From: Candidatus Planktophila sp.
Lineage (GTDB): Bacteria; Actinomycetota; Actinomycetes; Nanopelagicales; Nanopelagicaceae
Direction: 5' to 3'
Length of the DNA: 64,000 nucleotides
NCBI GenBank assembly: GCA_049314595.1
Contig: JBMOET010000001.1
Span: 8,856-72,855, forward strand
Positions 9,950 through 20,611 of the stretch are shown piece by piece (the stretch's first letter is position 1; the number at the start of each line of letters is the position of its first letter). The position numbers were made by a program, and so were the translations under genes. The notes beneath the pieces were generated by a model. That model did not search any database. It was not told the origin of the DNA and saw only the letters and a list, made by a program, of their open reading frames with translations.

Positions 9950-11520
9950 TACAGTGGAATATTTCCATGTTTGCGAGCAGGCAGTGTGTCTCGCTTAGTC
10001 TTGAGTGTTCTAAAAGCCTTTGTAATGTAGGCACGTGATTGGCTTGGTTCAATGACAGTATCGATAGTTCCACGCTCTGCGGCTAGATATGGATTAGCTA
10101 GTGATTCATTGTATTCATCGACTAGTTCAATTCTTTTTGCTCCCGGATCTTTAGCCTCTGCTAACTCTTTGCGATAGAGAATATTTACTGCACCTTGTGC
10201 GCCCATCACTGCAATCTCAGCGCTTGGCCAAGCAAAGTTAATATCACTTCCAAGATACTTTGAGCCCATCACGATGAAAGCACCGCCATAGGCCTTTCGT
10301 GTAATCAAAGTAACCAGGGGTACAGATGCTTCGGCGTAGGCATATAGCAGTTTTGCCCCACGTCGAATGATGCCATCCCATTCTTGTTCGGTACCTGGCA
10401 AGAATCCAGGTACGTCTACTAAAGTTAATATCGGAATATTGAAAGCATCACAAAAACGTAAGAAACGTGCCGCTTTTTCACTTGAATTAATATCTAATGT
10501 TCCGGCAAGTTGCGAAGGTTGGTTCGCGATAATTCCAATTGATTCACCTTCAATACGTGCAAACCCAACAACAATATTTGGTGCATATAAAGCATGAACT
10601 TCAAGAAACTCACCTTCATCGACTAGCGCTTGAATTAATACCTTCATGTCATAAGGCTGATTGGGAGAATCCGGAATAAGTGAATCGAGGGCAATGTCAC
10701 TGGCCTTTTTCTCGAGAGACTCTGTTGGTGGAAGATGTGGGGCGCTATCCATATTATTTGACGGTAAATATGAGAGCAGTGCTTTCACATAGTCAATTGC
10801 ATCGGCCTCACTTTCGGCCAAGTAGTGCGAATTTCCAGTGCGAGTATTGTGCGTGCGAGCACCACCAAGCTCTTCCATTCCAACTTCTTCGCCCGTAACA
10901 GTCTTGATAACATCTGGACCCGTAATAAACATATGTGAGGTTTCATTGACCATAACCGTAAAATCGGTCAGCGCAGGTGAGTAAGCAGAGCCTCCGGCAC
11001 ATGGCCCAAGAATCAATGAGATCTGAGGAATTACTCCCGATGAACGGGTATTGAGGCGGAAGATTTTTCCATAGCCAGCTAGCGAGGCCACGCCTTCTTG
11101 AATACGAGCACCACCAGAATCGTTGATGCCGATCAGAGGAATTCCACTTTTTAGCGCAAACTCTGCAATCTTTACAATTTTCTCTGCATGAACTTCACCA
11201 AGTGATCCGCCCATAATGGTGAAATCTTGTGAATACAGCGCGATGGGGCGCCCGTCTACAGTTGCAGTTCCAATGACAACACCATCTCCGTAAGGACGGT
11301 TCTTTTCCATTCCAAACTGAGTTGATCGGTGTCTGGCAAACTCATCGATCTCGGTGAACGAATCCTCATCGACGAGCATCTCAATGCGCTCACGGGCGGT
11401 GTACTTGCCCTTGGCATGTTGCTTTTCTACTGCGCGCGCTGAACCGGCATGGACAGCCTCTTCAATACGGGCGCGCAGGTCTTCAATTTTTCCGGCAGTT
11501 GTATGCAGATCACGGCTCAT
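9949..11520 (-). CDS. accD: Acyl-CoA carboxylase beta (carboxyltransferase) subunit
   Basis: [33 protein letters not shown]-terminal KHGNIPL. Confidence 0.95.
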   Translation of the reverse strand: MSRDLHTTAGKIEDLRARIEEAVHAGSARAVEKQHAKGKYTARERIEMLVDEDSFTEIDEFARHRSTQFGMEKNRPYGDGVVIGTATVDGRPIALYSQDFTIMGGSLGEVHAEKIVKIAEFALKSGIPLIGINDSGGARIQEGVASLAGYGKIFRLNTRSSGVIPQISLILGPCAGGSAYSPALTDFTVMVNETSHMFITGPDVIKTVTGEEVGMEELGGARTHNTRTGNSHYLAESEADAIDYVKALLSYLPSNNMDSAPHLPPTESLEKKASDIALDSLIPDSPNQPYDMKVLIQALVDEGEFLEVHALYAPNIVVGFARIEGESIGIIANQPSQLAGTLDINSSEKAARFLRFCDAFNIPILTLVDVPGFLPGTEQEWDGIIRRGAKLLYAYAEASVPLVTLITRKAYGGAFIVMGSKYLGSDINFAWPSAEIAVMGAQGAVNILYRKELAEAKDPGAKRIELVDEYNESLANPYLAAERGTIDTVIEPSQSRAYITKAFRTLKTKRDTLPARKHGNIPL

Positions 11521-11525
11521 ACCCC

Positions 11526-11532
11526 TACGGTA
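11526..11532. promoter_or_regulatory. Symmetric bidirectional -10 element (TACGGTA) for leaderless accD and birA
   Basis: TACGGT on + lies 7 nt before GTG 11539; TACCGT on - lies 6 nt before ATG 11520. Same geometry as 816-822. Confidence 0.68.
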
Positions 11533-11538
11533 CTAGGC

Positions 11539-12297
11539 GTGGACACAGAAATGCTAAGAGCGCCGCTAGATAGTGGCATTATCAACGCCGGTTTGACGCA
11601 GTACTGGCGAGTAAGCGTGGTTGAACTCACGACATCAACGCAAAGTGATCTGATTGATTTAGTTACACGTGGACGCGCTCAAGTTGGAGATGTGATTGTT
11701 GCAGAGTTTCAGAGTGCTGGTCGTGGACGCCTTACACGTACGTTCGAAGCACCAGCAGGATCTGCACTTCTATTTTCTATTTATATAAAACCAAGTCGTC
11801 CACAAATGGATTGGGGATGGATCCCGTTAATTGCAGGAGTCAGCGTTGCGCAGAGTTTACCTTCAGTTGATGCACGCGTTAAATGGCCTAACGATATTTT
11901 AATTGATAATAAAAAGATTTCTGGCTTGATTGCACAAGTTGTAGGAGATGGCATAGTAATTGGAATCGGTATCAATGTTGGCATGAGCATTGAAGAACTT
12001 CCTGTGCCACAAGCTACTTCACTTGCAATCGAAGGCAGCGTTAATACTTCACGGAATGCATTACTCACAGATCTTCTGACAATCTTCGAGAAGAATTTCA
12101 CTACCTGGGATAAAGGCAGCAATGAAATCTCTGGCACGTATGAAGCTCTCAGTGCAACCCTAGGGCGAGAGATTGAGGTTCATTATCCAGATGGGCGCAT
12201 TGAAAGCGGCACCGCAGCATCTATTTCACCCAGTGGTGAGTTAGTTCTAGCCGATGGAGTTCATGTTCTAGCCGCAGACATTATTCATCTACGATAA
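11539..12297 (+). CDS. birA: Biotin-protein ligase (no HTH domain)
   Basis: STQ, QSAGRGRL, VKWPNDI, KKISG, GIGIN. Start placed at GTG 11539. Confidence 0.93.
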   Translation: MDTEMLRAPLDSGIINAGLTQYWRVSVVELTTSTQSDLIDLVTRGRAQVGDVIVAEFQSAGRGRLTRTFEAPAGSALLFSIYIKPSRPQMDWGWIPLIAGVSVAQSLPSVDARVKWPNDILIDNKKISGLIAQVVGDGIVIGIGINVGMSIEELPVPQATSLAIEGSVNTSRNALLTDLLTIFEKNFTTWDKGSNEISGTYEALSATLGREIEVHYPDGRIESGTAASISPSGELVLADGVHVLAADIIHLR

Positions 12298-12301
12298 TCC
12301 A

Positions 12302-13414
12302 GTGAGCGATTCCTTTCCAACAGTAGGAATAATTGGCGCAGGTCAACTTGCCCGGATGAGTGTTGCGCCAGCTGAAGCGCTAGGAATTAGCCTTCTATTG
12401 CTTGCCAATAGTTCACGTGATTCAGCGGCTCAAATTGCACACCATGTTGTCGGCGATTATCGAGACCTTGAAACAGTTTTAAACTTTGCACGGCAGTGCG
12501 ATGTATTAACTTTCGAGCACGAATTAATACCCTTGAGCATTATTAAAGCCCTAGAGGCAGAGGGTGTAGTTGTAAGGCCAAGTTCAAAAGCCTTTGTTTA
12601 CTCACAAGACAAGGCCGAGATGCGAACCAGGTTAGCCAACTTTCCTGCACCTAAATCACTTGTTGTCACGAGTGCTGACGCAGTTACTGGATACCCATTA
12701 ATTGCTAAGGCGATCTCTGGGGGATATGACGGTCGGGGAGTATGGAAAGTTAATTCCGCGCAAGAACTGAGTGAAGTTATTGCACAAGTGGGGCGGGTAC
12801 TTGTCGAAGATTTAGTTGAGTTCGATTGTGAAATCGCAGTTATGGTTGCGCGATCACCGCACGGGCAGGCAACAACATGGGCACCAACACAGACAGTACA
12901 AAGAGATGGCATTTGTACGATGACTATTACTCCTGCTCCAATACTGTCGAGTGAGTTAAGTGAAAAAGCTCAGAAATTAGCGATAGATATCGCCCAAGAG
13001 CTTGGAGTTGTCGGAGTGATGGCCGTAGAACTCTTTGTGAAAGGATCAGAGCTCTTTGTTAATGAACTTGCGATGCGTCCACATAATTCGGGCCACTGGA
13101 CAATTGAGGGCTCTCACACAAGTCAGTTCGAACAACATTTGCGTGCAGTGCTAGATCTGCCGCTGGGAGATCCATCGATGACCGCCCCAATCGCAGTGAT
13201 GGGAAATATTTTGGGTCAAGAAAAGGCCGACATGTATCGTCCCTATCTTCATTTAATGGCGCGAAACCCACGTCTGAAATTCCATCATTACAAGAAAGAG
13301 GCCCACAAAGGGCGCAAGATCGGCCACGTAAATCTATTGGGCGATGACATCGTAGAATTAACCCAAGAAATCCAGCACGCCCTTGATTATATGAGTGGAG
13401 AAGTCGATGAGTGA
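12302..13414 (+). CDS. purK: N5-CAIR synthase
   Basis: [43 protein letters not shown]. Confidence 0.96.
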   Translation: MSDSFPTVGIIGAGQLARMSVAPAEALGISLLLLANSSRDSAAQIAHHVVGDYRDLETVLNFARQCDVLTFEHELIPLSIIKALEAEGVVVRPSSKAFVYSQDKAEMRTRLANFPAPKSLVVTSADAVTGYPLIAKAISGGYDGRGVWKVNSAQELSEVIAQVGRVLVEDLVEFDCEIAVMVARSPHGQATTWAPTQTVQRDGICTMTITPAPILSSELSEKAQKLAIDIAQELGVVGVMAVELFVKGSELFVNELAMRPHNSGHWTIEGSHTSQFEQHLRAVLDLPLGDPSMTAPIAVMGNILGQEKADMYRPYLHLMARNPRLKFHHYKKEAHKGRKIGHVNLLGDDIVELTQEIQHALDYMSGEVDE

Positions 13415-13913
13415 TGTTGCAATCATCATGGGATCAGATTCTGATTGGCCCATTATGGAAGATGCCGCAAAGACCTTAGATGAATTAGGAATTTCCTATG
13501 ATGCAGATGTCGTTTCAGCACATCGCATGCCTCTTGAAATGGTGGAGTTCGCACAGAGCGCGCAATCAAAGGGTTACAAAGTAGTAATTGCTGGGGCCGG
13601 AGGAGCTGCGCACCTTCCAGGTATGGTGGCATCGCTGACTACATTGCCAGTTATTGGTGTTCCAATCGCTTTAAAAAACCTTGATGGTATGGATGCTTTG
13701 TTATCAATTGTTCAAATGCCTGCAGGAATCCCAGTTGCAACTGTTGGAGTTGGCAATGCAAAGAATGCAGCCTTACTTGCAGCCCGTATTTTAGGGGTAT
13801 CTGACTCAGCGATTAATAAAAAAGTTGGTGATGGACTTAAAGAGATCAACACCGTAGCTAAAACCAAAGGTGCCAATCTAGCTGCACGCAGAAATCAAAA
13901 GACTGGTTTCTAG
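13407..13913 (+). CDS. purE: N5-CAIR mutase
   Basis: [37 protein letters not shown]. Confidence 0.97.
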   Translation: MSDVAIIMGSDSDWPIMEDAAKTLDELGISYDADVVSAHRMPLEMVEFAQSAQSKGYKVVIAGAGGAAHLPGMVASLTTLPVIGVPIALKNLDGMDALLSIVQMPAGIPVATVGVGNAKNAALLAARILGVSDSAINKKVGDGLKEINTVAKTKGANLAARRNQKTGF

Positions 13914-14320
13914 CTTCTCTTTCTATATTCAATTGCGGGGCAACGATCCATAACAGTGAGCAAACCTGCAGCGCGTGCCCGTTCAATGGCGCTTTCATCT
14001 ATAACATCTAGCTGCAGCCAAACCGCTTTTGCGCCTATAGCTATTGCTTGATCTACAATTTTTCCAACCAGTGAAGAGTTTACAAAGCAATCTACAACAT
14101 CTACCGGCACAGGAATATCTTCAAGAGATTTATATCCTTTTCTCCCGTGCACTTCTTCGGCTCGAGGATAAACAGGGATAATTTCATGACCCTTATCTTG
14201 TAATAACTTAGCTACACCAAATGCGGCACGCTGCGGATTATTGCCAAGACCTACAACAGCCCAGGTTTTCATTCCCAGCACTGCAGCAATAGTTTGGTCT
14301 TGATTAATCAGAGCGCCCAA
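13910..14320 (-). CDS. CoA-binding domain protein (YccU-like)
   Basis: [34 protein letters not shown]. Start uncertain (TTG 14320 or ATG near 14272). Confidence 0.85.
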   Translation of the reverse strand: MGALINQDQTIAAVLGMKTWAVVGLGNNPQRAAFGVAKLLQDKGHEIIPVYPRAEEVHGRKGYKSLEDIPVPVDVVDCFVNSSLVGKIVDQAIAIGAKAVWLQLDVIDESAIERARAAGLLTVMDRCPAIEYRKRS

Positions 14321-15614
14321 GTGCGTGGAACTTCCAGCCAGCGTTGCGCCACTTATCTCGATCCAAAGCATTGCGGCCATCAATAACTATCTTGTTTTTG
14401 ACCAAAGGTCCGAGCACTGATGGATCTAACTCACGATATTCGCGCCATTCGGTTAAGTGCAGAATCAAATCTGCAGCTTTAACACACTCTGGAACGCTCT
14501 CTGAATACTGCAGATTAGGAAAACGCTTGCGGGCGGGCTCTATGCCCTTAGGGTCATGAACAACAACGGTTGCACCAGCTGCCTGCAACTGTGCGGCAAT
14601 ATCTAGGGCTGGGGAGTCACGCACGTCATCGCTATCTGGTTTGAAAGTTGCACCTAGAACAGCGATTTTGTACTGAGTTAAATCTTCAGATAATTCATTG
14701 CGCACAACATCGATTACTCGTTGACGAGCCCGGAGGTTAATCGCATCAATTTCTCGCAGGAATTCAAGGGCCTGTTTGGCTCCAAGTTCCTCAGCTCGTG
14801 CCATGAAGGCACGTATATCTTTAGGTAAACAACCGCCACCGAATCCGATTCCAGCTTGCAGGAAACGACTTCCAATACGTGGGTCGTAACCGATAGCTTT
14901 TGCCAGAACGGTTACGTCGCCACCAGCTGCTTCACATACTTCGGCCATTGCATTAATGAACGAGATCTTTGTTGCAAGAAATGAGTTAGCTGCAACTTTG
15001 ACTAGTTCTGCAGTAGGAAGATCTGCGCGAATCCAAGGAGTTCCCAAAGCGATAATTGGTTCGTAGACTTCTTTAAGAATCTGCTCTGCGCGATCATTTG
15101 CAACACCAACGACTAGACGATTTGGTGTCAATGTATCTTCAACAGCAAAGCCTTCACGAAGAAACTCTGGGTTCCATGCTAAATCAGCCTGTGGCGCCGA
15201 CGTTGCAAGTTCAGTACGCAGACTTTGAGCCGTACCTACTGGAACTGTTGATTTACCAACAACTAGCGCACCCTCTTTTAGGAAAGGAGCAATCGCAGCG
15301 ACTGCAGATTTCACATATGTCAGATCTGCAGCTAAGCCATCCTTGCTTTGTGGAGTACCAACACACACAAAGTGCACATCAGCATCGGCTACTGCTGAGA
15401 AGTCTGTTGTAAAAGATAGGCGTCCAGTTTTCATCTCTTGGGCAAGCAATGTGTCTAAGCCGGGTTCGTAGAAGGGAAGCTCGCCTCGTGAAAGCATGGC
15501 CACTTTATCTGGGTCGGTATCGACGCCAATAACCGTGAATCCAAGGGATGACATACATGCTGCGTGGGTCGCGCCAAGGTACCCGCAACCAACGACCGAG
15601 AGAGTTAAATCCAT
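14304..15614 (-). CDS. ugd: UDP-glucose 6-dehydrogenase
   Basis: VVGCGYLG, CVGTP, KSTVPVGT, NPEFLREG, GFGGGCLPKD, FKPDSDDVRDSP. Confidence 0.95.
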   Translation of the reverse strand: MDLTLSVVGCGYLGATHAACMSSLGFTVIGVDTDPDKVAMLSRGELPFYEPGLDTLLAQEMKTGRLSFTTDFSAVADADVHFVCVGTPQSKDGLAADLTYVKSAVAAIAPFLKEGALVVGKSTVPVGTAQSLRTELATSAPQADLAWNPEFLREGFAVEDTLTPNRLVVGVANDRAEQILKEVYEPIIALGTPWIRADLPTAELVKVAANSFLATKISFINAMAEVCEAAGGDVTVLAKAIGYDPRIGSRFLQAGIGFGGGCLPKDIRAFMARAEELGAKQALEFLREIDAINLRARQRVIDVVRNELSEDLTQYKIAVLGATFKPDSDDVRDSPALDIAAQLQAAGATVVVHDPKGIEPARKRFPNLQYSESVPECVKAADLILHLTEWREYRELDPSVLGPLVKNKIVIDGRNALDRDKWRNAGWKFHALGRSD

Positions 15615-15624
15615 AAGGGGCACT

Positions 15625-16740
15625 TTACTTCAGTGCTCCGCAAGGGTTTTCATCGGCGGTACGAGTCTTGAACTTATCAATCACAGTTGGTGTGGCCGAG
15701 GCACTAGATGATGCCGATGGCGAAGGCGTGACTTCATCAACTAGGGGTAAATCTTCGCGCAATCGATTGAAGAGATCTGGGGCTAAGACCTTGTCCCATG
15801 TCACTACTGATCCTAAACCAGGGACACGTGCATTTGCATTACCAAGTGGAATAGTCAAAGTTCGCACTTTGCTTGCTGAAAGATTCTTTAACTGTTTTGC
15901 CAAAGTGATCAAATCACTTCGGTTCAGTTGGGTGTCGGTTTGAACCGTTGCAATTGCCGCATTAAAGAAGTTCACTAATTTAATTGGATTCAGTAGAACA
16001 CCAGTGCTGGTCACTTTTCGAAGAACCGCACTCATAAACTGTTGTTGACGTTGCATACGACCAATATCACCCATGCCATCGAAGTCACGCGTACGTACAT
16101 ACTTAAGTGCTTCAACACCATCCAGTGTATGGATTCCTGCGCTAAGCACTAAGTGACTATTTGGATCATTAATATCTCTCTTAGTACACACTTGAATTCC
16201 ACCCAGAGCATCGACCATACCTGCAAAGCCTGCAAAGCCAATCTCGATGTAATGATCTATGCGCACGCCAGTTTCTTGCTCAATTGTTTGAATCAGTAAT
16301 GGCGCACCGCCCCATGCATAAGCTGCGTTAATTTTCCCCTTTGCAGCAGCAACGGTTCGATCCTTATACAAGGAAGATTGGTGTGCAGGAATTGTTACAA
16401 GTGAATCGCGGGGAATAGAAATAATCGTCGCTTTATCACGTGCTTTATTTATGTGCACTAAGAGCATCGTGTCAGACCGGGCACCCGCTGCACTTTTAGT
16501 TGTTCCTACGCGCAATAGTTTGGACTGCTCTTTTGTTAATCCCACTCGTGTATCTGAACCAACGAGCAGATAATTAAGGGCGGTATTTGGTTTATCCGGA
16601 CGCTTAGACAATGAGCCAAAAACATCGATTCGGTTAATTGCTCCGCTTACTTGACCAAGGCCTAACCATGAAATTGCCGAAATTGCGACGATGGCAACAG
16701 AGAGTGATGTAATAATCCGTATAGGTCGCGTCGCTTTCAC
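15625..16740 (-). CDS. LytR-CpsA-Psr (LCP) glycopolymer transferase
   Basis: N-terminal TM helix, LLVGSDTR, RSDTM, SIPRD, KINAAY, YVRTR, GDIGRMQRQQ. Confidence 0.94.
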   Translation of the reverse strand: MKATRPIRIITSLSVAIVAISAISWLGLGQVSGAINRIDVFGSLSKRPDKPNTALNYLLVGSDTRVGLTKEQSKLLRVGTTKSAAGARSDTMLLVHINKARDKATIISIPRDSLVTIPAHQSSLYKDRTVAAAKGKINAAYAWGGAPLLIQTIEQETGVRIDHYIEIGFAGFAGMVDALGGIQVCTKRDINDPNSHLVLSAGIHTLDGVEALKYVRTRDFDGMGDIGRMQRQQQFMSAVLRKVTSTGVLLNPIKLVNFFNAAIATVQTDTQLNRSDLITLAKQLKNLSASKVRTLTIPLGNANARVPGLGSVVTWDKVLAPDLFNRLREDLPLVDEVTPSPSASSSASATPTVIDKFKTRTADENPCGALK

Positions 16741-16776
16741 AGGCGAAGACTACTTCAGCGATACGGTGGTGGGGTT

Positions 16777-17787
16777 ATGACGACATCAGCAAATCAGTTA
16801 TTTGGCTCACCGAAGCGAGAAATCTCGGTGATTCTGCCTGTGCTCAACGAAGCGGCATATTTAGAGTCTGCTGTGAATGCGATTTTGGCTACCGATTTTA
16901 ATGGTGCCCTTGAAGTCATCCTCTCGGTTGGCCCTTCACATGATTCAACCGAGACCATCGCCAGAGCGCTAGCCGACAAGGATTCACGAGTCGTAGTCGT
17001 TGCAAATCCAAGTGGGCGCACTGCCGCCGGATTAAATATCGCTGTTGCTGCAACTCGGTATTCAATAATCGCCCGTGTCGACGGACATTCTCATATTCCA
17101 GAGAATTATCTTTCTTTAGCATTTGAAGTACTTAGTTCTACTGGCGCTGTAAATGTTGGTGGAGTAATGGCCGCGGTCGGTAAGAGTGTTTTTGAACGCG
17201 CAGTTGCACGTGCAATGAGAAGCCCATTAGGTGTTGGAGCATCACGTTTTCACACTGGTGGTTCGGCCGGTGAAGTCGACACTGTCTACTTGGGTGTATT
17301 TAGAAAAGAGGCATTAGTCGCTGCTGGAGGATTCGATGAACGTTTTACTCGAGCGCAGGATTGGGAGCTAAATTATCGCTTACGCGCCGCAGGTGGTGTT
17401 GTGTACTTTGATCCCCGCTTAGTAGTTACATATAGTCCACGCTCAACAGTGAAAGCTTTAGCAAAGCAGTACTTCGAGTATGGACGTTGGCGACGCGTAG
17501 TTTCACGCCGACATGAGGGAACAATTAACTACCGATATTTAGCTCCGCCATTTACTGTGCTTGCCACGATAGCTTCGCTAGTTCTTGGGCTAAATTTCGG
17601 AACGATTTTTCTAATACCCGCCCTTGTATATGGCTTATTTATTCTGATTGCATCATCTGCAATCTCCGATTCCGTGGGTGAGTTTGTTGCTTTGCCTCTT
17701 ATTCTTCTGACGATGCATTTTTCCTGGGGGACGGGCTTTCTTACTTCACCGAAGTCACTTGTTCCTGAGGTAGCCTTACGCCCGTGA
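16777..17787 (+). CDS. Glycosyltransferase family 2
   Basis: SVILPVLNE, RVDGH, QDWELNYRL, KQYFEYGRWR; C-terminal TM helices. Confidence 0.9.
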   Translation: MTTSANQLFGSPKREISVILPVLNEAAYLESAVNAILATDFNGALEVILSVGPSHDSTETIARALADKDSRVVVVANPSGRTAAGLNIAVAATRYSIIARVDGHSHIPENYLSLAFEVLSSTGAVNVGGVMAAVGKSVFERAVARAMRSPLGVGASRFHTGGSAGEVDTVYLGVFRKEALVAAGGFDERFTRAQDWELNYRLRAAGGVVYFDPRLVVTYSPRSTVKALAKQYFEYGRWRRVVSRRHEGTINYRYLAPPFTVLATIASLVLGLNFGTIFLIPALVYGLFILIASSAISDSVGEFVALPLILLTMHFSWGTGFLTSPKSLVPEVALRP

Positions 17788-18611
17788 GCGCCCCATTGCA
17801 GGTATATGAGCCTTTTAGAGCTGGCCTGCCACCCCTTAGGCGCTATTGGAAATCACTGTGGTCGCGACGCACTTTCATCGCCGAATACTCGCGTTCAGAG
17901 CTTCGGGAGCAACACTTTGATTCAGTCTTTGGACAGATGTGGTTAGTACTCAACCCACTGCTTCTTTCAGCTGTGTATTACCTATTAATTGTGATCATTC
18001 AAGGAACTTCAGATAGTACGCGTTATGTCCATCTAACCTCTACGCTTTTTCTATTTTATTTAATTGCTAACTCATTAACAGGCGGAGTGAAATCTATTAC
18101 CGCCGGTCAGCGCTTAATTTTAAATACCGCCTTCCCGCGAATAATGCTACCCATCTCTGCAGTCGTGATAGCCATCTTTAAATTCTTACCGACGTTAGTT
18201 GTGTTTCTTGTGATTCGCATAGTCGTTGGACTGCCATTTGCTTGGCAGATGTTATGGGCGATTCCAGTATTGGGAATTACGATTCTGCTAGCACTTGGTC
18301 TAGCGATCACGATCTCTTGTATCAATGTTTATTTTCGCGATATCGCTAGCTTCTTGCCATATCTGACCAGAACTCTTTTGTACTTGTCTCCAATCCTCTA
18401 TGAAGCATCAGCGCTAAAAGACAACATTCGCGCTTTAGAAGCCTTCAACCCACTTTTCCCCTTGTTAGATAGTTGGTCTCGTGCACTAGTGCATGGGCAT
18501 GCCCCACAAGCAAGCAGTATGTGGCAGTCCTTAGCATGGGCAGTTGGAATATTTATTATTGGTTCATACTTTTTCTTATCAAGGGAGCGTGAATTTGCCG
18601 TCCGTCTCTAA
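17784..18611 (+). CDS. ABC-2 polysaccharide export permease (Wzm/TagG-like)
   Basis: FGQMWLVLNPL, FRDI, LSPILY, FNP; multiple TM helices. Confidence 0.9.
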   Translation: MSAPLQVYEPFRAGLPPLRRYWKSLWSRRTFIAEYSRSELREQHFDSVFGQMWLVLNPLLLSAVYYLLIVIIQGTSDSTRYVHLTSTLFLFYLIANSLTGGVKSITAGQRLILNTAFPRIMLPISAVVIAIFKFLPTLVVFLVIRIVVGLPFAWQMLWAIPVLGITILLALGLAITISCINVYFRDIASFLPYLTRTLLYLSPILYEASALKDNIRALEAFNPLFPLLDSWSRALVHGHAPQASSMWQSLAWAVGIFIIGSYFFLSREREFAVRL

Positions 18612-19392
18612 CCCACATAAGACTAACGAGATAGCCGTTTCAGTTCGCGGCGTTGGTCTTACCTATACAACTGCCATCGATCGCCGGCCTACGCTCAAAG
18701 CACGAGTTAAATCATTGGGTCGTGGCGGAAAACAAACTCGAACTATTCGAGCTTTAGACAACGTTGATTTAGATGTGGAATACGGGCAAGTCCTTGGTGT
18801 AATCGGCAGTAACGGTGCAGGTAAATCTACGCTTATGCGCACAATCGCTGGAATCTTGCCACCATCCCAAGGCAGAATTGAAGTCTATGGAAGCGTGAGC
18901 ACCTTGCTTGCCTTAGGTGTTGGCTTCAATCCATCCATGTCAGGGCGGGACAATGTTTTTCTTGGTGGTTTAGCTGCCGGAATGAGCCGGGATGAGATTG
19001 AGAGTAACTTTGCAGAGATTGCTGAGTTCTCTGAACTTGGAGATGCAATAGATGCCCCAATGCGCACATACTCTTCCGGAATGTTTGCCCGTCTAGCGTT
19101 TTCAGTAGCAGCGACGGTTCGCCCAGATATTTTGATTATTGATGAAGCGCTGAGCACGGGTGATGCCAAGTTTAAAGAGAAGTCATTGAATCGAATTAAA
19201 GAGCTTAGAAGCGATGATCGCGCGCTTATTTTAGTAAGCCATGCCATGGCAACGTTGCGCGAAGTTTGTAACGATGTTGTGTGGATTCACAAGGGCAAAA
19301 TTATTCAACGTGGAGAACCCGCGGTAGTGATCGCCGCATACCAAGAGTTTTTACAGGTCGGAAAGAGCGCAGCCATCGATGAGGATGTTTAA
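18595..19392 (+). CDS. Polysaccharide ABC exporter ATPase (Wzt/TagH-like)
   Basis: GSNGAGKST, YSSGMFARLAF, IIDEALSTGD, LVSH. SD GGGAG 7 nt before TTG 18595. Confidence 0.92.
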   Translation: MPSVSNPHKTNEIAVSVRGVGLTYTTAIDRRPTLKARVKSLGRGGKQTRTIRALDNVDLDVEYGQVLGVIGSNGAGKSTLMRTIAGILPPSQGRIEVYGSVSTLLALGVGFNPSMSGRDNVFLGGLAAGMSRDEIESNFAEIAEFSELGDAIDAPMRTYSSGMFARLAFSVAATVRPDILIIDEALSTGDAKFKEKSLNRIKELRSDDRALILVSHAMATLREVCNDVVWIHKGKIIQRGEPAVVIAAYQEFLQVGKSAAIDEDV

Positions 19393-20611
19393 AGCTTTCC
19401 TAGCCACATTTATTCTTAGCTTTACTTTTCTTGTACCTGCAGTCGCTGATACTCCTGCAGTTTTCGCATTTCACGGCTCTGGTTACGGACATGGTGTTGG
19501 CATGTCGCAGATGGGTGCAAGATCAATGGCCTTGTCTGGGCAAACATCAGAACAAATCCTTATGTATTTTTATAAAGATGTTTCAATTGAACAGCTCGAT
19601 GATTCAAAGATTCTACGTGTAAATATTGGGCATTTACTTTCTACTGCAAAGATTTCAACCACTGTAAAAAATAGCTCTTTACATATCGAGCAGGGCGATT
19701 TTGGAAATCAAGAGACGACTACTGATTTTTTAAAGGCGGACTCCATTTCACTATCAATTATTGGCTCCACGGTTAGCCCCCGAGTTACAATTGGAAAAAC
19801 CTCACAGGTATTGCCTAGAAGCAGGGTTTTCACAATTCGCTGGAGCGGGACTAGGTACTTAGAAGGTGCAGATACTGTAATTTCACTAACTCACTCAGGT
19901 ACAACGCAGAAGTATCGGTATGGGCAGTTGCAAGTAAGGGCAGTTAAAGCTGCGGCCGGATATCGATTAGAGATCACTAACTCTGTGCGCTTAGCTGATG
20001 AGTATTTGTGGGGTGTCAGCGAGATGCCTTCTTATTGGCCGGTTGCATCTCTGGAAGCACAAGCAATTGCCTCACGTACGTATGCGCTGAGTAAGGCCGG
20101 TGTCTATAGAAGTTCATGTGACTGCGACCTATATGGCGAAATATCAGATCAAACATTTTTGGGGTATGCGAAAGAGATTGAAAAGAAATATGGATTGATT
20201 TGGAAAGATGCCGTGACTCGAACTTCTGGTTTAACAATTACTCAAGCCGGTAGACCTATTACGGCTTATTTCTTCTCATCCTCCGGCGGCAATACCGAAT
20301 TAGCTGTTAATGCCTGGGGGAGTGAGCGGACATATACCCAGATTGTCGATGATCCGGGCTCACTTGATGGAACCCTGAATCCACGTTTTGTTACTTGGGA
20401 TCGCGAAGTAGCTAATAACGTCGTTGCTGCAGCATTTTTTCTGCCCGATGTTGCAACTCTAGAAATTTTAAGTAGAAATGAAAGCGGCACGGTTGCTCAA
20501 ATTCAAGCAACATCTAGCACCGGCATACAAGTAATCCTACGAGGTGAAACTTTTAGAAGCCGAACAAAGATTCCATCGGCCTGGTTTGATTTAGTTGGCG
20601 TGCAGAATTGA
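19385..20611 (+). CDS. SpoIID/LytB-domain secreted protein (putative lytic transglycosylase)
   Basis: Signal peptide, GYGHGVGMSQ, EYLWGVSEMP, LEAQAIASRTYA, FFSSSGGNTE. Confidence 0.9.
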   Translation: MFKAFLATFILSFTFLVPAVADTPAVFAFHGSGYGHGVGMSQMGARSMALSGQTSEQILMYFYKDVSIEQLDDSKILRVNIGHLLSTAKISTTVKNSSLHIEQGDFGNQETTTDFLKADSISLSIIGSTVSPRVTIGKTSQVLPRSRVFTIRWSGTRYLEGADTVISLTHSGTTQKYRYGQLQVRAVKAAAGYRLEITNSVRLADEYLWGVSEMPSYWPVASLEAQAIASRTYALSKAGVYRSSCDCDLYGEISDQTFLGYAKEIEKKYGLIWKDAVTRTSGLTITQAGRPITAYFFSSSGGNTELAVNAWGSERTYTQIVDDPGSLDGTLNPRFVTWDREVANNVVAAAFFLPDVATLEILSRNESGTVAQIQATSSTGIQVILRGETFRSRTKIPSAWFDLVGVQN

